The notes beneath the pieces were generated by a model. That model was not told the DNA's origin, searched no databases, and saw only the letters and a program-made list of their open reading frames with translations. A DNA stretch of 62,657 bases, counting the filler, from Nemertoderma westbladi (Eukaryota > Animalia > Xenacoelomorpha): NCBI GenBank assembly GCA_032718475.1. It is 3 parts of 3 records of this genome, joined end to end, with 100 filler letters (N's around TTAATTAATTAA, not from the genome) between each part and the next. Parts side by side here need not be neighbours in the genome. Positions count along the whole stretch, not along the records: positions 1 to 28,284 come from JAUCBJ010006776.1; positions 28,385 to 53,251 come from JAUCBJ010006080.1; 1 more part is not named here. One strand, written 5' to 3'. Below, piece by piece: positions 21,443 to 30,727 of this stretch. The position numbers and the translations under genes are program-made. Position 1 is the first letter of the stretch. Each line of letters opens with the position of its first letter.

Positions 21443-24400
21443 AGATTAAGACAATATTCAATCGCTTTCGCCTCAGATATAGAAGGCATGTTCTTACAAG
21501 TCAAGGCGCTGGATAGGGATCGAGATAGCCTACGATTTCTGTGGTGGCCTGAAGGAGACCTCAACCAGAAACCGGTGGAGTACTGGATGACCATCCAGGC
21601 TTTTGGGATAATCTCAAGCCCTTCAAACGCATGTTCAGTGGTGCGCACCACTGCGAATGACAACCGGGAAGCCTTCTCTAAAGAGGTGATTGACAACATC
21701 AAACGGGATATATACATGGATGACAATCTAAAGTCCCTTCCATCAGTCGAAGAAGCCATTGATGTCGCTAAAGGAACGGTAGAGTGCTTAAAAAGAGGTG
21801 GATTTCGATTAACTAAATTCACCAGCAACTCCCTTGAGTTTCTGGAGTCGATCCCGGTAGAAGATCGAGGAGCGAAAGACCTAGATCTAATCAAAGATGA
21901 TCTTCCAGAAACCAAGACACTTGGTTTGAAATGGGACACAGAGAGAGACATCCTGTTTTTCCAGCTAAAACAGCGAGATAATCCAGTTCGTACTAAACGG
22001 ATTTGTTTAAGTATCCTGAGCACTTATTTCGATCCATTGGGATTTATTAGCCCAGTTATATTGATTGCTCGGAGTTTAGTACAACAAATGTGGCTTGAAA
22101 ACCACTCATGGGACGATCCACTTAAGGGAGAATTATTAAAGAAGTGGATGAAATGGGAAGATTCTCTACCAGCCATCGAGAACTTTATAATTTCCCGTTC
22201 ATATTTTGGTCATGTTCTCCCTACGTATTCCTATCAACTCCATGTGTTTGGAGACGCCAGCGATATGGGAATAGGTATAGTAGCCTACCTAAGGGTGGAA
22301 ACTCCGGACGGAATCAAAGTCGCCTTGGTTACCTCTAAGGCATTGATAAACAATAAGTTGAAAGTTCCTCGAGCGGAGTTAAAAGCGGCTCTATACGCTA
22401 CAGCCATCGGCCGGAATGTAACAGAACAGATCGACTATCCACTGGAGAAAACTGTCTATTGGACCGATGCTTTACTCGTGTTGGAGTATATAACCAATGA
22501 AGTCTGTCAGTTCAGCGTCTTCGTTACCAACAGAGTAGCTATTATACTCAGTCGCACGACGATGTATCAATGGAGACATTGCCCCGGAACGATTAATCCA
22601 GCAGACATCGCCTCCAGGGGAGCAACTCCACAAGAACTGGTAGATACTCCAGACTGGTTAGGTGGACCCGACTTCCTCTACAAAGAAGAAGAAGAATGGC
22701 CTCCTCATCTTACTACAGCAGAGATTAGACAGGCCAAGGGAGCGGAGAAAGTCAAACCTAAAACTCGGGCGAGTAAATCGAAGTTATTTAAACCTATGGT
22801 AGATCTGTCTGTACTACATACTTCCGGAGACGACGCTTTGGATCAGAAACCCACAGCCACAAATAAGTCTGTAGTGGAAATCCGTGAGAAGGATTGGAAA
22901 TCTGGAATACCAGACGTCTCGCAAGGACTCTCACCTCTCCTGCAGAGAGCGATACATCACTACAGTTCCTGGAATCGGCTCTGTAAGGCCGTCATATATT
23001 TAAAACGATGTTTTCATCATCACTACTCCGGGACGAAGACCAATAGTGATACCGCTCCACTAACATCGGTGCAGGTCCATGTTGTTAAAGATCTTCCCAA
23101 ATATAAGATATCTGACAGGTTTCTGAAGGAGAAGATCAGTTATCCGGAGCATGAAGAAACCAACAAGCAGATGCTGAGACTCCTGCAATGCTATGAGGAT
23201 TCTGATAAGTATTTCCTGTTGTTGAGAAATCCACAGATGCGCTTAAGGGATCGTTTCTCTAGCACAATGATAGATGGGTTGATACGTGTTGGAGGAAGAT
23301 TAACGAATGCTCCATTATCCTTTGACACTAAGTTCCCCATACTCATTAGAAATCTTGAAATACAAGTCAAGATGATTGTAGATGTTCACAGCAAACTTTA
23401 TCATGCTGGTAGAGAACGAGTTCTTAGCGAAATTCGAACTCGCTATTATTTTTATAAACCCCGTAGAGCTCTGAACCAAGTTCTTAGGAACTGCATACCC
23501 TGTAGGAAAGCATTCAGTAGGCCTTTAACACAGCTAGAGGCAGAATTACCTAGGGAACGAGTAAGCTTCTTTGAACCACCCTTTACTAATACCGGTGTAG
23601 ATTTCTTTGGCCCTATTGAAGTATATCGTGCTAGGACTATAGTCAAGAGATGGTGTGTAATCTTTGTTTGTATGACTTGTAGAGCTATCCATCTCGATAT
23701 GGTGAACGATTTATCTACCAACAGCTTCCTATTAAGCTTACGACGACAGATCGCTCGCTTTGGAACTAGTAACATGATGAGATCTGATAAGGGAACGAAC
23801 TTCATTGGTGCCAACAATGAAATCAAAGCTTACGTCAAAGATTGGAACCAGAGACAGGTGGACGATCAGCTAAGGGTAACAGCGTCTAGCTGGACCTTCA
23901 ACGCCGCCGATGCCCCTTGGTGGGGAGGAAGTTGGGAGAGATTAATAAGAAGTGTGAAGACCGCATTTCACTTTATAGTGCCGTGCCGCGCGTATCTCAC
24001 CGACGAACTTTTGCGGACGTTAATGGAGGAAATCGCCACCTATCTCAACGAGAGACCACTTATGCCAGTCTCATCGAGTCCCGATTCCCTGGAAGCGCTA
24101 ACACCCGCGCATTTCCTACTGAAGAAACCTGTTGCCATGCTCCCACAATCGGAAATCACAGACGGAGACGAATACTGCCGGCAAACTTGGCAACTCATGC
24201 AGTTGTTATCCCGTCGTTTCGCTGACCATTTCGAAAAACATTATCTGCCCACGCTACAACTTCGAACTAAGTGGTTTGCGCAGCAAGAAAACGTCAGCGC
24301 TGGAGACATGGTTCTTATTGTGGATGTAGATCTTCCACGTAAGCGGTGGCAGACAGGCCGTATCATCGAGACTCACATCTCGGATGACGGTTTGGTGCGA

Positions 24401-24598
24401 TCGGTAGAACTCGTCGTCATGCGACGCAACTTCAAGAAACCGGGAATTGTCTTCGAGACACAGCAGCTCAATCGCCCAGTTGGTCGCTTATGTTTACTGG
24501 AAAGAGACAGAGAACTCTCCGGAAACTATGGAAGACAAGATACTCTTCCCACGACCACCTCCCTAATCCAACAAACATCTAGGGACTCCCCAGCTTAG
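21443..24598 (+). CDS. BEL polyprotein segment 3: RT, RNase H, integrase
   Basis: In frame after the TGA: DIEGMFLQV, YMDD, LHVFGDAS, PRAEL, NPADIASRG, H..H..C..C, GVDFFGP, RSDKGTNF, GGSWERLI and GDMVLI. Confidence 0.95.
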   Translation, partial: RLRQYSIAFASDIEGMFLQVKALDRDRDSLRFLWWPEGDLNQKPVEYWMTIQAFGIISSPSNACSVVRTTANDNREAFSKEVIDNIKRDIYMDDNLKSLPSVEEAIDVAKGTVECLKRGGFRLTKFTSNSLEFLESIPVEDRGAKDLDLIKDDLPETKTLGLKWDTERDILFFQLKQRDNPVRTKRICLSILSTYFDPLGFISPVILIARSLVQQMWLENHSWDDPLKGELLKKWMKWEDSLPAIENFIISRSYFGHVLPTYSYQLHVFGDASDMGIGIVAYLRVETPDGIKVALVTSKALINNKLKVPRAELKAALYATAIGRNVTEQIDYPLEKTVYWTDALLVLEYITNEVCQFSVFVTNRVAIILSRTTMYQWRHCPGTINPADIASRGATPQELVDTPDWLGGPDFLYKEEEEWPPHLTTAEIRQAKGAEKVKPKTRASKSKLFKPMVDLSVLHTSGDDALDQKPTATNKSVVEIREKDWKSGIPDVSQGLSPLLQRAIHHYSSWNRLCKAVIYLKRCFHHHYSGTKTNSDTAPLTSVQVHVVKDLPKYKISDRFLKEKISYPEHEETNKQMLRLLQCYEDSDKYFLLLRNPQMRLRDRFSSTMIDGLIRVGGRLTNAPLSFDTKFPILIRNLEIQVKMIVDVHSKLYHAGRERVLSEIRTRYYFYKPRRALNQVLRNCIPCRKAFSRPLTQLEAELPRERVSFFEPPFTNTGVDFFGPIEVYRARTIVKRWCVIFVCMTCRAIHLDMVNDLSTNSFLLSLRRQIARFGTSNMMRSDKGTNFIGANNEIKAYVKDWNQRQVDDQLRVTASSWTFNAADAPWWGGSWERLIRSVKTAFHFIVPCRAYLTDELLRTLMEEIATYLNERPLMPVSSSPDSLEALTPAHFLLKKPVAMLPQSEITDGDEYCRQTWQLMQLLSRRFADHFEKHYLPTLQLRTKWFAQQENVSAGDMVLIVDVDLPRKRWQTGRIIETHISDDGLVRSVELVVMRRNFKKPGIVFETQQLNRPVGRLCLLERDRELSGNYGRQDTLPTTTSLIQQTSRDSPA

Positions 24599-25432
24599 TA
24601 GCATATGGAGTGGGTGTGTGACCATATTATTTTATTCTTATTATTTTATATTGATGTATGTATTATTATGTAATTTTATTATAATCGTTTTCTTTAATTT
24701 TATTTAGTAGAATGTTATTTTAGCGATTATTTAGTAGATTAGTGCAATATATATTCGCGTTTATTACTTAATTACTTATATATTATATATTTAGTGCGAC
24801 GGCGAGAAATAATTATTTTTCTCCTTCCTTACTGTCCGTATTACATTACAAATACGTAACTACAGTAAGATGAAATGTCCGTACATATTAAAGTACAATA
24901 AAGCTCCTACTATATTCAAGTATTATTGGTAAAGTAGAGTATTAGGAATGCAAAATTCAGATCCTCGTGTCTCGGCTAAACCAAGCTCTGGGTAGACCTT
25001 GGAAACGACTTGCCTCTTCTCACTGACATTGCTTCGTGCGATATTGCTCTCATACCATATATTAAATAATACATATAGTAGCGTGATGTCCCTTTAACAG
25101 TAGCGTAGAACGCAAAATAAATCAGTTAAACCCTTTGACCATCTGTAATTCTAGTCGATTAAGATATCGCGGCACCCACCGATATACTTGAAAGACAAAA
25201 TTCTAGAATCAGTGGTTAACGTCCCCAGACATGTTCTGGAATTAACCGGTGCCCATCTCAAATATTAACTATTAATATTTATAAAATCTGTCAAACTTTA
25301 GATCCTTTAAAATTCTAGTCAATTAAGATATCGTAGCACTTACCGATACTCTTAAAAGGACAAATTTCCTGAATGAATACTACAGTAGACCCCCTAAATA
25401 GCATAGTAGCAATATAGTATAGTACTGACTGT

Positions 25433-25451
25433 TGACGTCACGGCTGACGTC
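25433..25451 (+). promoter_or_regulatory. CRE palindrome plus near-copy upstream of the extra ORF
   Basis: TGACGTCA at 25433-25440 followed by TGACGTCC, about 90 bp before the ATG at 25532 (context CCTACATGG). Confidence 0.35.
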
Positions 25452-25531
25452 ACCACGGTGCAACATACTGATAGGCTGCTACATCGCAACGTGAACGATC
25501 TATCGCCGGATTTTCGAGCGGATTCCCCTAC

Positions 25532-28284
25532 ATGGCGCCATCCCAGCGCTGCTGCAAGTGTCGCAGCGGCTCTTGCCGAGGGTGCAAGTGTGCTTGTGCG
25601 GGAGTTCCCTGCTCCTCCTGCAAACCTCTGGAGCAGAACTCGTGCGCGAACGGGCCGAGCTCACCCGATCCAGACAGTCTCGCGATGCCCCCGAGGTACA
25701 GCGGTTCCGCGGGCCACGGGGTTCTCGACTATCTGGTATCCAACTCGCCCAGATGGAAAACGCGTCAAGCCACAGCGGACCTTGCGCATAACGGCTATGT
25801 AACCCCGGAAGTTATAAACTCAACCCTGGAGGAGCTCGACGACCTGATGGACCAGACTCTAACCCCAGGAGAATTCGATCCGGACTGCACATTGACCCCG
25901 CAAATTGGCGCTGGATCCCCGGCCCCCTCATCGGGTCCCCCAGTGTCGGTGACTTACCAGTCGGGTCCCCCAGTTCCAGGTGTCGGTTATTCCGTCCCAA
26001 CCAGTACGGATGTCGATTATCCCATCCCTACCAGTCCGGGTGTCGGTCATTCTGCCCCTACCAGTCCAGGAGTCGGTCATTCTGCCCCTACCAGTCCGGG
26101 TGTCGGTCATTCTGCCCCTGCCAGTCCGGGTGTCGGTCATTCTGTCCCTACCAGTCCGGGTGTCGGTCATTCTGCCCCTACCAGTCCAGGTGTCGGTTAT
26201 TCCGTCCCAACCAGTCCAGGTGTTGGTCAGTTGGTCCCCATCAGTCCGGGTGTCGGTCATTCTGTCCCTACCAGTCCGGGTGTCGGTCATTCTGCCCCTA
26301 CCAGTCCAGGTGTCGGTTATTCCGTCCCAACCAGTCCAGGTGTTGGTCAGTTGGTCCCCATCAGTCCGGGTGTCGGTCATTCTGCCCCTACCAGTCCGGG
26401 TGTCGGTCATTCTGCCCCTGCCAGTCCGGGTGTCGGTCATTCTGTCCCTACCAGTCCGGGTGTCGGTCATTCTGCCCCTACCAGTCCAGGTGTCGGTTAT
26501 TCCGTCCCAACCAGTCCAGGTGTTGGTCAGTTGGTCCCCATCAGTCCGGGTGTCGGTCATTCTGCCCCTACCAGTCCGGGTGTCGGTCATTCTGCCCCTG
26601 CCAGTCCGGGTGTCGGTCATTCTGTCCCTACCAGTCCGGGTGTCGGTCATTCTGCCCCTACCAGTCCAGGTGTCGGTTATTCCGTCCCAACCAGTCCAGG
26701 TGTTGGTCAGTTGGTCCCCATCAGTCCGGGTGTCGGTCATTCTGTCCCTACCAGTCCAGGTGTTGGTCAGTTGGTCCCCATCAGTCCAGGTGTCGGTTAT
26801 TCCGTCCCAACCAGTCCAGGTGTTGGTCAGTTGGTCCCCATCAGTCCGGGTGTCGGTCATTCTGTCCCTACCAGTCCGGGTGTCGGTCATTCTGCCCCTA
26901 CCAGTCCAGGTGTCGGTTATTCCGTCCCAACCAGTCCAGGTGTTGGTCAGTTGGTCCCCATCAGTCCGGGTGTCGGTCATTCTGCCCCTACCAGTCCGGG
27001 TGTCGGTCATTCTGCCCCTGCCAGTCCGGGTGTCGGTCATTCTGTCCCTACCAGTCCGGGTGTCGGTCATTCTGCCCCTACCAGTCCAGGTGTCGGTTAT
27101 TCCGTCCCAACCAGTCCAGGTGTTGGTCAGTTGGTCCCCATCAGTCCGGGTGTCGGTCATTCTGTCCCTACCAGTCCGGGTGTCGGTCATTCTGCCCCTA
27201 CCAGTCCAGGTGTCGGTTATTCCGTCCCAACCAGTCCAGGTGTTGGTCAGTTGGTCCCCATCAGTCCGGGTGTCGGTCATTCTGTCCCTACCAGTCCGGG
27301 TGTCGGTCATTCTGCCCCTACCAGTCCAGGTGTCGGTTATTCCGTCCCAACCAGTCCAGGTGTTGGTCAGTTGGTCCCCATCAGTCTGGGTGTCGGTTAT
27401 TCTGTCCCAACCAGTCCGGGTGTCGATTATCCCGTCCCTACCAGTCCGGGTGTCGGTCATTCTGCCCCTACCAGTCCAGGTGTCGGTTATTCCGTCCCAA
27501 CCAGTCCAGGTGTTGGTCAGTTGGTCCCCATCAGTCCGGGTGTCGGTCATTCTGTCCCTACCAGTCCGGGTGTCGGTCATTCTGCCCCTACCAGTCCAGG
27601 TGTCGGTTATTCCGTCCCAACCAGTCCAGGTGTTGGTCAGTTGGTCCCCATCAGTCCGGGTGTCGGTTATTCTGCCCAACCAGTCCGGGTGTCGGTTATT
27701 CTGTCCCAACCAGTCCGGGTGTCGATTATCCCGTCCCTACCAGTCTGGGTGTCGGTTATTCTGCCCAAACCAGTCCGGGTGTCGGTTATTCTGGCCCTAC
27801 CAGTCCGGGTGTCGGTTATTCCGTCCCAACCAGCCCAGGTGTCGGTCAGTCTGTCCCTATCAGTCAGGGTGTTGGTCTTTCTGCCCCTACCAGTCCGGGT
27901 GTCGGTTATTCAGTCCCAACCAGTCCGGGTATAAGTCAGTATGTCGGTCAGTCTGCCCCTGCCAGTCCGGGTGTCGGTCATTCTGCCCAAACCAGTCCGG
28001 GTGTCGGTTATTCTGGCCTTACCAGTCCGGGTGTCGGTTATTCCGTCCCAACCAGTCCGGGTATAAGTCAGTATGTCGGTCAGTCTGCCCCGACCAGTCC
28101 GGGTGTCGATTATCCCGTCCCTACCAGTCCGGGTGTCGATTATCCCGTCCCTACCAGTCCGGGTGTCGGTCATTCTGCCCAAACCAGTCCGGGTGTCGGT
28201 TATTCTGGCCCTACCAGTCCGGGTGTCGGTTATTCCGTCCCAACCAGTCCGGGTATAAGTCAGTATGTCGGTCAGTCTGCCCCG
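25532..28284 (+). CDS. Extra ORF: Cys-rich (CXC-like) N-terminus + Pro/Ser/Thr/Gly decapeptide repeats; 1-nt frameshift at ~27678; truncated by gap
   Basis: RCCKCRSGSCRGCKCACAGVPCSSCKP..SCAN, then ~57 in-frame units and ~20 more after the shift. Core P-x-S-P-G-V-G codons vary mostly at third positions, and later 12-nt insertions keep the frame. Confidence 0.7.
25970..28284 (+). repeat. 30-bp coding minisatellite with higher-order 120/180-bp periodicity
   Basis: Consensus GGTGTCGGTCATTCTGCCCCTACCAGTCCG, with about five discrete variants recurring in 4- and 6-unit blocks. Confidence 0.97.
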
Positions 28285-28384
28285 NNNNNNNNNNNNNNNN
28301 NNNNNNNNNNNNNNNNNNNNNNNNNNNNTTAATTAATTAANNNNNNNNNNNNNNNNNNNNNNNNNNNNNNNNNNNNNNNNNNNN
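28285..28384. other. Assembly spacer (44 N + TTAATTAATTAA + 44 N)
   Basis: Identical structure at 53252-53351. The linker has stops in all six frames. Confidence 0.95.
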
Positions 28385-29328
28385 AATCGGTCAATGTATA
28401 ATAATTTATAATATGCAGGGATGCACGTTATGACGCCTACATAGCAGTAGGCCTGGCAAGCCTACGACAGCACATTACTGCTACAGACTACAGCTTGCAA
28501 GCTGACAACAGAGTTGAGAGCTATACTATACTAGTGTACTACTATACACGTAGTATGAGTATCAGCAGGTAGATAGGAAAATCAGTTCAGTCTTTTCCTA
28601 TTGGCCGAGAGGCCTGCTGTATATCTATACCGCATCTGTTCACTTATTAAATCGTATATTTATTATGAATGGTATCAAAAATCCAGTGATGCCTTGTGTA
28701 TTAAAATAAAAACATTGCGGGTCCATTGTCACACAAAATTTCTTTATTTATTTTGTAATCTTAATAGTGCAGTTACGACTAACTACCAGATCGAGCGACC
28801 ACGGACAGTGAAAACAGCTTCAAGCTTCGAGATTCTCCATATAGGTAGTTGTCGCATTTTGTTTCTCCCGAGTCCAGTACGTACCCCTTTCAAGTTGGTC
28901 TAATATATGTTATAGCCGGTCGTCCACGGCTAGAAAAGGTCAGAAAAGGCCGCATGCCAGAAAAGTAGCTCTGATATGACCTCATGTTCTTCTCAGAGTA
29001 GTCCACCGTTAAGACTGATAACAAGGATATTGGTTCCGGTATAGGCACTACCAATACCTATATAGCGTGCTGGAAATTGGGCATTCAACAAGAGAGTTGA
29101 GTGATGAATCCTATGATGGGACAAATTAGGACATTCAGATATTCGCAGTTGGCAGTAGAGATGCCGGATTTCAGTGCCTCTATAGAAAATAAGCTGGATT
29201 TTAAGGAGTAAACCGACATATCAGTGATATTCAACCTTATCAACCTTCAACCATATCAATGACATCAACCTCGTAAAAATTTTCTGTACAGTTTGTTTCT
29301 ATTGTCTACTGTAGTTGTTCGTTGGTGG

Positions 29329-29410
29329 AAGAGCAGCAGTAGTTCCAGTACTCCTCTATGGGAGTCCATGCTGGGCTCTAACTGCTGAGGACACGATCCT
29401 AGTAGTAGTA
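29329..29410 (+). mobile_element. 82-bp internally deleted RTE-like (family A) retro-insertion
   Basis: An internal RT segment (=~45840-45904) is joined to the GATCCTAGTAGTAG tail. 12-bp TSD GTTCGTTGGTGG at 29317-29328 and 29411-29422. Confidence 0.88.
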
Positions 29411-29607
29411 GTTCGTTGGTGGGTGCGGCGATGTAGAATCTACCCGAATAGAGCAGTGCTGGAATGGCCACCATTCTCCATAAAGTTGCAACTGTTTCCT
29501 CTATGAGATAATGGTATCAGAGAATGATCTCGGAACGACACCGCACAGGAGACAGCAGTTAATAATAATCATTGTTATAGAATGAGATATAGTTGATTCG
29601 TTGCTTT

Positions 29608-30174
29608 TTTTGACGACTTCCAGTACCTTGGGTCATGGATAGAGAGTAGCAAAAAGTCATAGAAGTTAGGAAAGCAAAGGCTTGGGTAGCTCTTTCAAAA
29701 ATGGATACCACCTGGAAATCAGACCTCTCAAGTCACTTACAGACCATGTTCATTGAGCTACAGTGGAAAGTGTACTTTAATACGGGGGTGAGACCTGGAC
29801 ACTGACTAAATCACTTGAACAACGAATTGATGGTTGCTACACAAGTCTACTAAGGGCAGCCCTAAACATCAGCTGGAGACAATGATAAACGCCGAGCTCT
29901 ATGGTACTATACCACCTGTATCAACCACCCTCCGTGAACGCAGATTAAGATTCAGTGGGCACTGCTGGAGAACTAAAGACGAGGTCATACCAGATCTACT
30001 TTTCTGGCTACCAACTCATGGAAAGCGTAGTCGTGGACGACCGGCCATAACATATATAGCTCAACTTGAAAGGGATACTGAACTTGGGAGAAACGAAATT
30101 GCGACAACTATGGAGAATCGGGAAGCCTGGACGGATCTCATTTCCACTGCTGGAGTTTGCTCGAGTTAGTAGTC
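29608..30174 (+). mobile_element. 5'-truncated RTE-like LINE (family B) 3' end
   Basis: DDFQYLGSW, RRLRFSGHCWR and GKRSRGRP motifs; TAGTAG tail; ~19-bp TSD ATAGTTGATTCG(C)TTGCTTT at 29589 and 30175. Confidence 0.88.
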
Positions 30175-30229
30175 ATAGTTGATTCGCTTGCTTTCCCTGG
30201 TTGTGCGGACTGCGGGGTCTTGGACCTCT

Positions 30230-30680
30230 GAAGTTACAATTCTGTGGTCCAAATCAATTCGGTTGAACGAGCTGTATGCCTGGCAATTAATTATATTATT
30301 TTTAATAAGATGTAGTCCAGCTGAATTTTAGGTCTATTCGGCTATTGACATTTCCACAGCTTTCCCTTACACGTTTTAAATATGGTGTTCTTTGGTATAA
30401 ATTCACATTCTTCCACTAAAATAAGCACCCATTTCTATTCGAATTGGTGTTATAGGTGTAACCCTTGATGTCCCAAGTAATGGCTCTTCTGGCCCAAAGT
30501 CGCGTTCAGGTCACCACCAACGACTTTGATAATCAAATTTTCTGCCGAGCTTGTTACAAACGTCCAGCCATATCCAATGTCATTGTACTTCATGACAAAT
30601 CCGATGTACTTGGATACAGATGATATCAATGTTATACTGTATTCCATTGCCAGTCACCCTGTTTGCTATGAGCTTTCAGA
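30230..30680 (-). pseudogene. Degenerate LINE endonuclease fragment
   Basis: GWTFVTSSA, VGGDLNATLG, NRNG and QLDYILL-like remnants on the minus strand. Confidence 0.6.
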
Positions 30681-30727
30681 GGGTTCTCATTTTCATAACT
30701 TTCAGTTGCGAAATTAAACCGCGTTGC

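Larger units (their letters stand above)
12917..28284 (+). mobile_element. BEL/Pao LTR retrotransposon; 3' end lost at contig gap
   Basis: LTR, ~2.2-kb leader and Gag-PR-RT-RH-IN order with BEL-specific motifs. No 3' LTR is seen before the gap, so inclusion of 24600-28284 is inferred. Confidence 0.8.

Noticed and set aside
28329-28340. TTAATTAATTAA island inside Ns (also 53296-53307)
   Set aside because: Artificial contig-joining linker with identical 44-12-44 layout; not biological. It also means cross-gap synteny cannot be assumed.
25928-28340. Alternative-frame and antisense ORFs (786 aa, 593 aa) over the 30-bp array
   Set aside because: By-products of a stop-poor repeat. Only the 25532 frame has a unique N-terminus and synonymous-type variation.
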